A stretch of 64,000 bases of DNA from a virus (lineage: Duplodnaviria > Caudoviricetes), in IMG/VR virus record IMGVR_UViG_3300028738_000008; one strand, 5' to 3'. Both the position numbers and the translations under genes were made by a program. Under the pieces are notes generated by a model that had not been told where the DNA came from, did not search any database, and was given only the letters and a program-made list of their open reading frames with translations. The stretch's first letter is position 1. The number at the start of each line of letters is the position of its first letter. Below, piece after piece: positions 8,251 to 17,816 of this stretch.

Positions 8251-11208
8251 TTAAATTCTCGTATTGTTTTTAACGTTTACGAAGTCAGACGCTTTGTATT
8301 CGAATAAATGTTTCATTTTATCGAAATCACCGTTAACGACTTCCTTACCCACAGTGTTTTCGCTAAGCATTTTTTTGCTTTTCTCTACAGTGAAGATATT
8401 CTTGTTAGCGTCAACGTAGTACTCAAACAATGAAATGATTTCAGAAATGCCTTCGTTAATGCCAATTTTATGAGTGGTTGTATCAAGTTTATTGGTATAA
8501 GCATTTCCAAGTCCGTTTAAATTTAATGGAAACCATGCTTCGTCAATCTTTGTCATTTCCTTGGCTTCGCTTAATGTAAAGTCAATGATATGTGATTTGC
8601 CGAATTCATCAAAGAATTTGCCGCTAATATAAGATTCATTAACCTTTTTAGCATTAGCTGTAGGCTGAGTGTCTTTGTTATACATCGGTTGATTGTGACG
8701 CATATCCAATTTACGTAATCTCATTGCATAATTCTTATCGCCCATATCCTTTTTCATTCTGTCTTCGAACTTCTGATCAGGTTTGATTGAATAGTCATAG
8801 TCGCCAAGTCCTAGTCTGTAGCTGTCAACCTCGTCTTGTTCCTCAGTGCTCAAGTTTCTCTTAGGTACTTCATCGCCACTTTCATTAGCTGAATTACCAA
8901 CGTTCTTCAAAGCAACACCCTTAGTTTTCTTAAGTTCTTCTTTTTCAATGTCTGAACTAAGTTTCTTAGGGTCTTTGATTTCGGTTTGCTGATCTTTCCA
9001 CTGCAATTCTTTCTCAACGTCGATAATTTCCTTTGTTCCGCTGTGCTGCATATCCTGTTTAAAGTTTTTGCTATTGTCGTTACCCAATCTGTCAACATTT
9101 ATAAGCGATGGAGTTCTCTTGTCCTCTGAAATGCTTTTCAAATTTGATTGTAAGTCTGATAGTTGTTTCAACTCCTCATTTAATTCTGAGAATATCTTAT
9201 TTTCTTCCATATTGTCCTCTCTGTTATCTCTATCCATTTGTCTTTGCTGATCACGTGGATGGTTCTTAATCGCCTTGCGATACTGTGTTGCTAGCGTTCT
9301 CAATGTGGGAATACCATCATATTCCATGTTACGTTTAAGAATAACTTCAACCTCTGGTTTGCTGTTATAAACGCTATGACTTGTTATTTTTAACTGACCG
9401 TTTCTATATTCAATTGGCTCATAAATATAAGGTTCTTGCCAAGTGCTCTGACTATCGACAACGCCAATAGGGTCACCATCGGAATCCTTTGCCATGTTTA
9501 TCAGGGCATTAACGATATTAACCAGTTTCTGAACTCTAGGATCAGCCTTAATTATTCCGCCTTCGCTCATATCGCCTTCACTCATGCCACTTGAATTCAT
9601 TGTATCATCCATTTCGCCACCCGAACTCATGCCAGTATCCATTCCGCCACCGCTACCAGCTTTTACTGACATACTTGCTGGGTTATCATCTATCATTGAT
9701 GTTTCTTCGATATTTTTCATATTATTTTCTTTTACTTTTTCAGGTAATTTATTGGTTTTTGTCGATGCAAAATCCTTTACATCGTTAGGCTTCATAGAAC
9801 TAGCCGCTTTTTCAACTGACGAACCAACTTTACTTGGTTCAATTTCGCCAGTCTGTACGGCTCTAACCATGCCCATAAAACGTTGCTGTGCTTTTGAAAC
9901 AGCCTTTTCATCCATTATACTTTCTTCCAAGTCTCTTAGATTATATCCGTCAGCGGCTAAACGTTTGTTTACTGCTCTTTTAACGGCTTTCATCAGACTA
10001 TCAAAAGTCATTCCGCCATTTGGTTTAAGATAATCATACATCGAATTAACATCAGATAAATCATCCCAGCTTATAGGCAACATTTTATTAGCTAAAGTCA
10101 TGGCAACGCTATATAAAGCTTCGCCAGTTAAGTTTGGAATATCTTCTTTAGTTAATTTTCTACCCAAAGCCTTAACATCTTCTCTGGTACTAAGTTTTTT
10201 ACCCATTGGTGCAACAGATTCCGTTTCAATGTTTGCTGTATCGAACTTATGTGACTTCATTTGATTGTCAATCACATTAAGATCAGAATTGCTCATGTTT
10301 TTTGTCTCATTTCCATAAGCATCTGACTTATCGGATATATCGGATAATTCGGCTTCTCTATCGAGTTGTTCATTTTTTACACCTGATATTCCGTCCTCTG
10401 GTAAATTTTTGTTTTCAGGATGTGGAAAGTATGAATGAGGTTGAGTCATATCATTGTGTAATAAGTCAACGTCTTTGGGTCTCATTCTCGCAATATCTTG
10501 ACCAACATATAATGGCGAATTGTCATCAATATTTTTTATTTTTTCATTTGTTTTTTTTGATGCTGGTAATTCGCTAACACCAATACCGTGATTACTTCCT
10601 GTATGCGATGCTTTATAGTCTTTGTTCAATTTATCATACATTGAGAAATCCTGTTCTTCATTCAACTGGTCATAAACTTTTGCAAAATAATCAGCCTCTG
10701 CCAAGTAGTTTTCCTGAATCACTGTACCCTGCGGAAAGATAGGTTTACGAATTGGTGATTTAGATGAATTTCCTAATAGATCGCCGTTAGCTGCCCAAGC
10801 CGAGGGGCCCGCATATGCTCCAGAACTAGATGAATTTGTTTCTTCGTCAAGTTCGGTGGCTGTTTTGCCTGCTTTATCTGCTACCTTTTCAATTGCATCG
10901 TTTTTCAGTTTATTTATACCTGATTTGTCACGACGTTTCTTTTCTTTTGGTCTAGCCATTTTATATTTCTGGAGAAACTTAGGACTGTTAAGAATATAGT
11001 CATTGAAGATGATATTCATAATGGTTTCATTATAATGATAGCCGTAACGCTCCTCTCCATTGATAGCCATATCGTTATAGAGATTTGTTAGCTTGGGGTC
11101 TGAAAAAACTAGAGTCTCCATTTTACCTAATTTAAAGATTTTTTTCTTTAAGGATATCTCTCTTTCATTTAGTAAATTGTCAACCTCATTTAAATTAGTT
11201 ACACTCAT
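8251..11208 (-). CDS. large modular acidic protein, probable virion head/internal protein
   Basis: 985 aa, acidic, built of short modules (SKAQQRFMGMV...KDFASTK; EETNSSSSGAYAGP) and a Met/Gly/Ser linker, with many [ILV]-x-E sites. Confidence 0.5.
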   Translation of the reverse strand: MSVTNLNEVDNLLNEREISLKKKIFKLGKMETLVFSDPKLTNLYNDMAINGEERYGYHYNETIMNIIFNDYILNSPKFLQKYKMARPKEKKRRDKSGINKLKNDAIEKVADKAGKTATELDEETNSSSSGAYAGPSAWAANGDLLGNSSKSPIRKPIFPQGTVIQENYLAEADYFAKVYDQLNEEQDFSMYDKLNKDYKASHTGSNHGIGVSELPASKKTNEKIKNIDDNSPLYVGQDIARMRPKDVDLLHNDMTQPHSYFPHPENKNLPEDGISGVKNEQLDREAELSDISDKSDAYGNETKNMSNSDLNVIDNQMKSHKFDTANIETESVAPMGKKLSTREDVKALGRKLTKEDIPNLTGEALYSVAMTLANKMLPISWDDLSDVNSMYDYLKPNGGMTFDSLMKAVKRAVNKRLAADGYNLRDLEESIMDEKAVSKAQQRFMGMVRAVQTGEIEPSKVGSSVEKAASSMKPNDVKDFASTKTNKLPEKVKENNMKNIEETSMIDDNPASMSVKAGSGGGMDTGMSSGGEMDDTMNSSGMSEGDMSEGGIIKADPRVQKLVNIVNALINMAKDSDGDPIGVVDSQSTWQEPYIYEPIEYRNGQLKITSHSVYNSKPEVEVILKRNMEYDGIPTLRTLATQYRKAIKNHPRDQQRQMDRDNREDNMEENKIFSELNEELKQLSDLQSNLKSISEDKRTPSLINVDRLGNDNSKNFKQDMQHSGTKEIIDVEKELQWKDQQTEIKDPKKLSSDIEKEELKKTKGVALKNVGNSANESGDEVPKRNLSTEEQDEVDSYRLGLGDYDYSIKPDQKFEDRMKKDMGDKNYAMRLRKLDMRHNQPMYNKDTQPTANAKKVNESYISGKFFDEFGKSHIIDFTLSEAKEMTKIDEAWFPLNLNGLGNAYTNKLDTTTHKIGINEGISEIISLFEYYVDANKNIFTVEKSKKMLSENTVGKEVVNGDFDKMKHLFEYKASDFVNVKNNTRI

Positions 11209-11211
11209 GAT

Positions 11212-11379
11212 TTATATTTTTATTAAATTTTGCTTAGGATAAAATTCATCAAGCCATCCATTTTCCCATGAATTATTATACGCAGATACACATGTAGATC
11301 GAAATTCCATTCTTGTATCACAAGTCAACGAAATTTCCTTACAGCGTTCCTTAGTCCAATAATTTGGTGCTTTTCTCAT
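11212..11379 (-). CDS. 55-aa microprotein: single copy of a homing-endonuclease-associated repeat (not in ORF track)
   Basis: Hand translation: MRKAPNYWTKERCKEISLTCDTRMEFRSTCVSAYNNSWENGWLDEFYPKQNLIKI*. Fills the gap exactly; pattern PNYWTKERC...AY...GWLDE. Confidence 0.6.
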   Translation of the reverse strand: MRKAPNYWTKERCKEISLTCDTRMEFRSTCVSAYNNSWENGWLDEFYPKQNLIKI

Positions 11380-11404
11380 TATTTTATAATTTATTCATTA
11401 TCAA

Positions 11405-11617
11405 TTAGTTAATTCCAGTTTTCCAAAACTCTTTCTTCTGCCATAATACCTTGAATATCTGCTCCATAGAGTCTTTAATAGTCCTTATCAACTCGCTTCT
11501 AGCAGCACCGCTTTTATTGCTGAGAGCCTTGCCAACTTCTTTATTCAGAGATTCTTCTGAGAATTTGCGCAATTCGTCTTTTACAATTTTCTTTATATCG
11601 TTTTCGGTAAATTCCAT
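11405..11617 (-). CDS. small hypothetical late protein
   Basis: 70 aa, preceded by the late motif at 11637-11645. Confidence 0.6.
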   Translation of the reverse strand: MEFTENDIKKIVKDELRKFSEESLNKEVGKALSNKSGAARSELIRTIKDSMEQIFKVLWQKKEFWKTGIN

Positions 11618-11629
11618 AATTTATAAGTA

Positions 11630-11678
11630 TTCAATATATAAATACGTTAATAATGAATAAACGTATTTATATATTGAA
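11630..11678. repeat. perfect 19-bp inverted repeat containing the late motif on both strands
   Basis: ttcaatatataaatacgtt (11630-11648) / aacgtatttatatattgaa (11660-11678); 11-nt loop. Confidence 0.85.
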
Positions 11679-11696
11679 TTTAAATGCTATGTGATA

Positions 11697-12482
11697 TTAC
11701 TTTAGTGCTCTGCCTATAAAGTATCCACCCACAAGTGCTGTTGGCGTTATAATGAGCATCTTATTCTTTCCAATGGATATACCCACTCGCTGAATGAAGT
11801 TAGGTTTTACGGTTACTTTATCTAACTGAGGTATGGCATAACTGGAAATATCAAATGTTTTAAAATATGGATTACTATTTGACACACTAAATGCCACTGG
11901 AAATCCTTCCTTGCGATTATCCTTCCAAAAGAAGTCTACAAACTGAGTGTTGATTAAATCGAACTGATTAAACATGATTGCAGGCTTAACTGTGCCCTTT
12001 AAAGCCGTCACATTCTTCACATCAATGTTGAACTTAAGATAGTTCGTGCTATCCTTAAAATTGACTGTATTATGCAGAGAATCGACTGTCACTTTTGGAT
12101 TGCTAAGAGAGTCTATTATTACATGTGTTTCAATCAATGCTGCTGTGATCACAGTATTTTCCTTCTCAGCTTTCTTTACCCTTGCAAGCAAATTCTTTTC
12201 ATTTGATGATAGATTATTGTTCTTATCGGTCAAGTCCTTTACTTTGCCTTGTAATGTTAATTTCTCTGCTACTATCTCATTATATGCGTTCGTTGTAAAG
12301 GAAATGCTGTCAACCAAGGCATTTTTCAGCTTAGTTTCATTTTCCAGTTTATCCTTTAGATTTCCGACCTTATTGGAGTATAGCATCCAGCCACCGCCAA
12401 TTAATACTATGAGAGCAATGACAATTATAATTATCTGCCCTATGTTTATCGTGATTACACGTGTTGTTCCTGATTCTGCCAT
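11697..12482 (-). CDS. membrane-anchored coiled-coil protein, spanin-like candidate
   Basis: N-terminal TM, coiled coil, beta-rich region and C-terminal hydrophobic helix; near an amidase-like gene. ATG 12482 (MAESG) preferred over TTG 12533. Confidence 0.45.
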   Translation of the reverse strand: MAESGTTRVITINIGQIIIIVIALIVLIGGGWMLYSNKVGNLKDKLENETKLKNALVDSISFTTNAYNEIVAEKLTLQGKVKDLTDKNNNLSSNEKNLLARVKKAEKENTVITAALIETHVIIDSLSNPKVTVDSLHNTVNFKDSTNYLKFNIDVKNVTALKGTVKPAIMFNQFDLINTQFVDFFWKDNRKEGFPVAFSVSNSNPYFKTFDISSYAIPQLDKVTVKPNFIQRVGISIGKNKMLIITPTALVGGYFIGRALK

Positions 12483-12493
12483 GATATTGATTT

Positions 12494-12967
12494 TTATTGA
12501 TTGTTGTTGGTATCGCCTAAATTTTCGATCCAATATTTATTAAATTCGTCGTAATTTGCTTCGAGCCTACTTGTTATCTCGCTATTTTCCTCATTATCCT
12601 TGTTAAAGTTTTCAGAGTATTTGAATTCCACACCAGTTGAATTATTCACTGGTGGTACAGTGTAAGTGAATTCCAATTCATTGTTCACAACTCCGCCCCA
12701 GAATACGAAATCGTCATAGACTTCGAGATCATAATATTCGATATTCACATTTATGTCTTGAAATAAGCCATTTATAATACCTTCCTCACGCTCCTGATCA
12801 TTTTGAGTTGCTTTATTAATCCTATCATTGTCGCTGGTGCTAATTTCAACGTCCTCATTAAGCTTTCTGGTTATTTTAAGCATTTCACGCATGGTCATGT
12901 CTGATTTTTCAACCTTGTGAAAGTGTTGCATTATTCTGGAAATTTTGTCTGTATTAAAAGAGTTCAT
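12494..12967 (-). CDS. hypothetical late protein
   Basis: 157 aa, acidic; preceded by the late motif. Confidence 0.6.
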   Translation of the reverse strand: MNSFNTDKISRIMQHFHKVEKSDMTMREMLKITRKLNEDVEISTSDNDRINKATQNDQEREEGIINGLFQDINVNIEYYDLEVYDDFVFWGGVVNNELEFTYTVPPVNNSTGVEFKYSENFNKDNEENSEITSRLEANYDEFNKYWIENLGDTNNNQ

Positions 12968-12979
12968 ATTATTTTTTTA

Positions 12980-12988
12980 TATAAATAC
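12980..12988 (-). promoter_or_regulatory. putative late promoter
   Basis: GTATTTATA on the - strand, 12 nt before ATG 12967. Confidence 0.55.
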
Positions 12989-13588
12989 TTATATTGTAAT
13001 TTGTTTTATAAACCTTGGTATGTTGAAATGTGGTACGCAGAAGGTGTCCACGTCGTAATAGTTGCTCATGAAAACGATTCCGCCACTCTTATTAATGTCC
13101 TTATGATAAAAATCAAATTCGACACATTTAAGATTTATTCCATATTTTTCACATAAATGCTTTGAAAGTTCTGCCAGCGAGTCCATTTGTTGGTCTGTTA
13201 TAGTTTCCCAATAATAATAACCATAATACTTCATTTCGGTTATTTCGCCTTCACAGACTTCGTTAAGTTGGTTATTAAAGATATGATCGCCTTTCATTAA
13301 AGCACCCATATTTTCTAACACAATACTTATGTTATTCTTATTATAAGCATCAATACCAAGATACTTGCTATAATATTTAGGGTCATAATGCTCAAATATT
13401 TCGCCATTTCTAGCGATTGTATAGGTATTCCATTCTTTACAAACGCCATTATCCTTATTAGCAAGTCTGATAAGATGGTTGTGATCTTTACGATTGGAGA
13501 TATTCACAATTATTTGAGTCTTTTTAGTTTCGGTGCTGATATAATTTTTGCACGTCGCAGGGTAGTCTTCAATATTTATATTAATCAT
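12989..13588 (-). CDS. N-acetylmuramoyl-L-alanine amidase-like protein (Amidase_2 fold), Zn ligands apparently degenerate
   Basis: YTIARNGEIFE, NISIVLEN and QQMDSLAELSKHLCEKYGI match amidase architecture; the expected His ligands are absent (IIVNIS; VEFD). Confidence 0.55.
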   Translation of the reverse strand: MININIEDYPATCKNYISTETKKTQIIVNISNRKDHNHLIRLANKDNGVCKEWNTYTIARNGEIFEHYDPKYYSKYLGIDAYNKNNISIVLENMGALMKGDHIFNNQLNEVCEGEITEMKYYGYYYWETITDQQMDSLAELSKHLCEKYGINLKCVEFDFYHKDINKSGGIVFMSNYYDVDTFCVPHFNIPRFIKQITI

Positions 13589-13590
13589 AG

Positions 13591-13848
13591 TTAGCCTCTT
13601 TCTTTATAGAATTTTAGTATTGATTCATAAACTGATATATCATCCGATCCGCCAGATATCCATATAATATCTGTGTATTTTAATTCGTATCTCGGAGTTT
13701 CAAAAGGTATAACCACTGTATCAATGCTGCCGCCCATTAAATAGCTAGGCTTTTTACGACCTATCACATATCCAGTCTTCTCTTGAAAATGGTCGTGGTA
13801 GACATCAATACCGTCCACCACGCCAATTTTATTTAGTTCTGTTTCCAT
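13591..13848 (-). CDS. hypothetical protein
   Basis: 85 aa, coupled to the SbcCD stop codon. Confidence 0.55.
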   Translation of the reverse strand: METELNKIGVVDGIDVYHDHFQEKTGYVIGRKKPSYLMGGSIDTVVIPFETPRYELKYTDIIWISGGSDDISVYESILKFYKERG

Positions 13849-16800
13849 TATAATGCATTTATTGTTAATGACGATATATCGTTCTCGTCTAATTGAACGT
13901 CGATAATATAGTCTGGATTAATCTCATGATTATGCTCTATAACTAAAACCTTTCGCATATTGCTCTTAATCAGCTGTAGAATCTCGTTAAATTCCTCAAT
14001 GCTATCGGCACTCAATTTACCCATAACTTCATCGAGCATGAATATAGTTGGCTTTACCTTAGCATTTATTTGATTTAAAGCGAATTTTAAAACAATCGCT
14101 GAAAATGTGCGTTCCTTTCCAGATGCGCTAATACAGTCAATGATAGACAACGGACGGCTATTATAAGCCAACTTCGGTCTCAAATCATCCAAATCAAGCC
14201 ACACTTTAAACGTTGATACTGATAGTATATTCGCTAGAGTATTATTTATTTTTGGTATGATATAATTCACAAGCATTTGTCTTGGAATACCGTCTCTGTG
14301 AACGCATTTAATATATAAAGCATATACATTATCAACATGTTCCTGTGCCTTAAATTGTTTAACAAGCAATTCAATTGAAGCTATTTTACCATTAGCTTCG
14401 CTAATGCTTAATCGTTTACTATATATTGAGGCTTGCTTGATCTTAAGATCGTCAGCATATTTAGCTATCTTGGCGTCAGCCTGTACAATTCGTTCAGACA
14501 GCTTACGATTTTCTTCGATCTGACTAATACTTTCGCCGTATCTAACTATCTTTAAATTGATAATATCTAATTCCAATTCACTTGCGTGAATATGTAATGG
14601 GATTGTTTGAAGTTCGGCGGCAAATTTTTGACGTAACAAAAAGTCATTTTTCTCGTTTGCCAAAACGCCAATTTCATCAAGAATTCCGACCATTTGAAGA
14701 TTAAGGTCTTTAATGGTTTCTCTGATTACGTCAATATCTTTGTTATAATCAGCAATTGAAGCCTTAAGCAAAACAATATCATTCTTTTCATATATATTAA
14801 TCTGATCAGCTATAGCATACATATCTGTTTTCAATTCAGACATTTTTAATTTAATGTGTTCATTGTTATCATCAACATGCTGCTGACATAACGGACATGT
14901 GTGACCGCTTGTCCCTTTATTAAAGGCTAGTAATTCGTTCTTTTTCTGTGAACCGTCTTTTTTTAGATTATGTATTTTACCATTAATTATTTCAATCTCG
15001 TGATCTTTTTTACTAATATTTCCATCGATGTCCCTAATTTTTAGATTTAAAGCATATTCATTGGTTCTATGAGCATCTTTCATGGCGATTAATTCGTCAT
15101 ATCTTTTTTCGTCGTAAGTATCTTTCAACACTGACATACTGGTTGTAACAGTGTCGATTCTTTTCTGATAGTCCGCAATATTGATTTTATGCTTATCGAC
15201 AGTTCTATTAGCCTGTTCAATATTCATATTATATATTTCATCGTCTATCTTATGCATGTCCTTATGTAAAGTATCGACATACTTTCTGCCCTCTACCATA
15301 GATTTCTCAATACCAGCAACTTCAATGTTTTCAAGCTCCTCGATCTGTAGAGTTAATTCGTCAATCAAATTCTTTAGTCTAATTGTTTCATTCTCAGAAT
15401 TTTCGACATTACAATTAACACGACCTTTTTCGGCGAGTCGTTTTTGATTCTTTTTACATGCGTCCAGTTTCTTATCAAATATATCCAAGCCGCTATCAAA
15501 TAACAGGGAATCAATGAATGTTGCCATATCATTCGACAGAATCTTATTCAGGGTATCGGCTGTTGTAACGACTATACGCATAAAGTTGTCATAGCTTCCG
15601 ATTAAGGATTCAATGATTTTCTGGGTCTTTGATCTTTGTTCGTCGCTCATTTTATCCAATGAATTCTGATCGTCCATTTCATCGTCAGGATTTTGCATTA
15701 AATAATAATTCAATGTCGTTGGAGCACCATTAATCGAACCGTCTTTAGCTTTGGTGATAGTGGTTCTTTTCTTTATACCGTAATATTCTGAATTGTATTC
15801 GAATACCATATAGCCATCACAGAATGTCGCACCGTTTCTATTATTAACATATCTTGAGTCGCCATATTTAACACGACCCTCGGTCTCAATGGATTTATTA
15901 TATAAAAGATATGATATGAGCTTTATAAGAGTTGTCTTTCCAGCTGTATTCTTGCCTGTGATCTGAAATAGACCATCTAGTTGTCGCCAGTCAATTTCAA
16001 TCTGTTCATATGATGCAAAGTTTGTACCGCCGAATTTAATAATATTAAAGTTACCACCGATATCATCCGTATGATCTATCTCCAAAGATATTTCATCATC
16101 TAAAGCTATTACATCAGCAATTGTGGCATTCTCTACGCCCATAGCGTCCAAATGCTCAGTGAAAATGGTTTGCTGTACGTTTGTGTCATTCACATTTAAT
16201 AGTGTCACATCTTCACCCACATTGATTTTACTATCAACAATAAATTCGTTTTTATTGGAGATTGATGTAACGCTTGGGTACTTAGTCTTAATGAATGCTA
16301 CCAGTTTATTTTCATTGACAGTATTTCTCACATATGGTAATGTTTTCCATATGAATCGAACTTTCATGAATTTTGTCGGTTCGTCTATGTCGATATCAAT
16401 ATCATCAAAGTCAATGAATGACGATATGTCGATATTTTTGAAAGAATAGTCGTTAGCCAGCGGCTTTTCAATGATTGTACCAGTTTCAATATTCCACTGC
16501 AAATAACCATGAAAGTTATCATCGCCTTCGCCAAAATTCTGTGCAATTGGCGAAGAAGGATATGCTCCAAATAATTTTGAACCTGAAACAGTATCCTTAT
16601 AGAAATATTGTTTCTTATGAATATCGCCTGCCATTAAGAAGTCGCCATTAAAGTCTCCGATGTTTCTTAATGACTTCTTAGTCATTTCAAAGCCAGCGAA
16701 TGTTTGCGAGCCGCTGATAGGGTCGTGGAAAAGATCGATATATGTTCTGCCAGCAATTTTTTTACCAGCAAGTTCAATACCTTTTTTACTTAGCCAAGGC

Positions 16801-17210
16801 GAGTTCTTGAATCCGCCATGATGCCAAACGCACCATGTGACATTTTCATCGTCATAGAAGTCAGTGGTATCGTAATATATAATGTTTTTATTGTGAAGAG
16901 TCTCCACAATAGCTTTAACCGAATCAATTCTATTAATATTTACTTTACGAAAATCGTGATTACCTCTGGTAATTCTAACTGGTGCGATAGCTGCTAGTTT
17001 ATCCAAAAAATCAGATGCTAATATCAGCTGTTCGCCCTGCAAATCAAGGTAATCATGAACTAAGTCGCCGCCAATCAAAATACGATCAGGGACGTCAGCC
17101 ATCAAAGCGATATATAAATTGTTGAATACGTTTATATATTCCTCATTTCTGGTCGGCAACTTTCTAAGATGTATATCCGCAAGGTGTGCAATCGTTTTTA
17201 TTTTACTCAT
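13848..17210 (-). CDS. sbcCD: fused SbcD/Mre11 nuclease - SbcC/Rad50 ATPase (gp47-gp46-like)
   Basis: Phosphoesterase motifs ADIH, GGDLVH, GNHD, GDIH; Walker A GKNTAGKTT; coiled coil with CPLC zinc hook; signature SASGKE; Walker B FMLDE; IEH. ATG 17210 lies below a host-type promoter. Confidence 0.9.
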   Translation of the reverse strand: MSKIKTIAHLADIHLRKLPTRNEEYINVFNNLYIALMADVPDRILIGGDLVHDYLDLQGEQLILASDFLDKLAAIAPVRITRGNHDFRKVNINRIDSVKAIVETLHNKNIIYYDTTDFYDDENVTWCVWHHGGFKNSPWLSKKGIELAGKKIAGRTYIDLFHDPISGSQTFAGFEMTKKSLRNIGDFNGDFLMAGDIHKKQYFYKDTVSGSKLFGAYPSSPIAQNFGEGDDNFHGYLQWNIETGTIIEKPLANDYSFKNIDISSFIDFDDIDIDIDEPTKFMKVRFIWKTLPYVRNTVNENKLVAFIKTKYPSVTSISNKNEFIVDSKINVGEDVTLLNVNDTNVQQTIFTEHLDAMGVENATIADVIALDDEISLEIDHTDDIGGNFNIIKFGGTNFASYEQIEIDWRQLDGLFQITGKNTAGKTTLIKLISYLLYNKSIETEGRVKYGDSRYVNNRNGATFCDGYMVFEYNSEYYGIKKRTTITKAKDGSINGAPTTLNYYLMQNPDDEMDDQNSLDKMSDEQRSKTQKIIESLIGSYDNFMRIVVTTADTLNKILSNDMATFIDSLLFDSGLDIFDKKLDACKKNQKRLAEKGRVNCNVENSENETIRLKNLIDELTLQIEELENIEVAGIEKSMVEGRKYVDTLHKDMHKIDDEIYNMNIEQANRTVDKHKINIADYQKRIDTVTTSMSVLKDTYDEKRYDELIAMKDAHRTNEYALNLKIRDIDGNISKKDHEIEIINGKIHNLKKDGSQKKNELLAFNKGTSGHTCPLCQQHVDDNNEHIKLKMSELKTDMYAIADQINIYEKNDIVLLKASIADYNKDIDVIRETIKDLNLQMVGILDEIGVLANEKNDFLLRQKFAAELQTIPLHIHASELELDIINLKIVRYGESISQIEENRKLSERIVQADAKIAKYADDLKIKQASIYSKRLSISEANGKIASIELLVKQFKAQEHVDNVYALYIKCVHRDGIPRQMLVNYIIPKINNTLANILSVSTFKVWLDLDDLRPKLAYNSRPLSIIDCISASGKERTFSAIVLKFALNQINAKVKPTIFMLDEVMGKLSADSIEEFNEILQLIKSNMRKVLVIEHNHEINPDYIIDVQLDENDISSLTINAL

Positions 17211-17228
17211 TATTAAATATATATTTTG

Positions 17229-17259
17229 CAAATATATGCAATTAATGCGAAATAATCAA
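17229..17259 (-). promoter_or_regulatory. Bacteroidota-type primary-sigma promoter
   Basis: Minus strand reads TTG-N20-TATATTTG, upstream of sbcCD. Confidence 0.55.
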
Positions 17260-17270
17260 TGATTTTTTTG

Positions 17271-17816
17271 CTAATCGTATATTAAATGCTTATTAGCTCT
17301 CAATCTGGTCTTTATATAATTAATCTTGTTTGAAATGCGGGTACTTGTGGTATTAAACTCTTTGCCTATTTCGTTATAATTATAGCCGTCCATATATTTC
17401 ATGCTAAGCATTATGAAGTCCTCATTAGAAATTTGCTTTGATAGAAAATCTAAAGTATTATTTGTCTCGTATGCAATAGATGCATTTGTGCTCGTGCAAT
17501 TTACATATCTATCCTCACTATTTGCTTTTCGAGTACAATTACTTTTAATTACATTTTTCATATAATTATTGGCAATGTTATAAACCCATGTGCTAAAGTC
17601 TGATTTTTTATCATCAAATTTACTTAGATTGACGAATATGCTTACCATTATGTCTGCAACATAATCATCAATATTGTCATCGGATTGATTATATCGATCA
17701 TACTTGACGTGAATCAATTTTTTAATAAGCTTCTTGTACTTAAAATAAATATGTTGTTCTGAATTCTTATTTCCTTTTAAAATATTTTGTATATGGATCG
17801 TATCTGTCTGATTCAT
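17271..17816 (-). CDS. ECF-type RNA polymerase sigma factor
   Basis: Region 2-like DDYVADIMVSIFVNLSKFD..KSDFSTWVYNIANN and region 4 HTH-like KYMDGYNYNEIGKEFN. Confidence 0.8.
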   Translation of the reverse strand: MNQTDTIHIQNILKGNKNSEQHIYFKYKKLIKKLIHVKYDRYNQSDDNIDDYVADIMVSIFVNLSKFDDKKSDFSTWVYNIANNYMKNVIKSNCTRKANSEDRYVNCTSTNASIAYETNNTLDFLSKQISNEDFIMLSMKYMDGYNYNEIGKEFNTTSTRISNKINYIKTRLRANKHLIYD

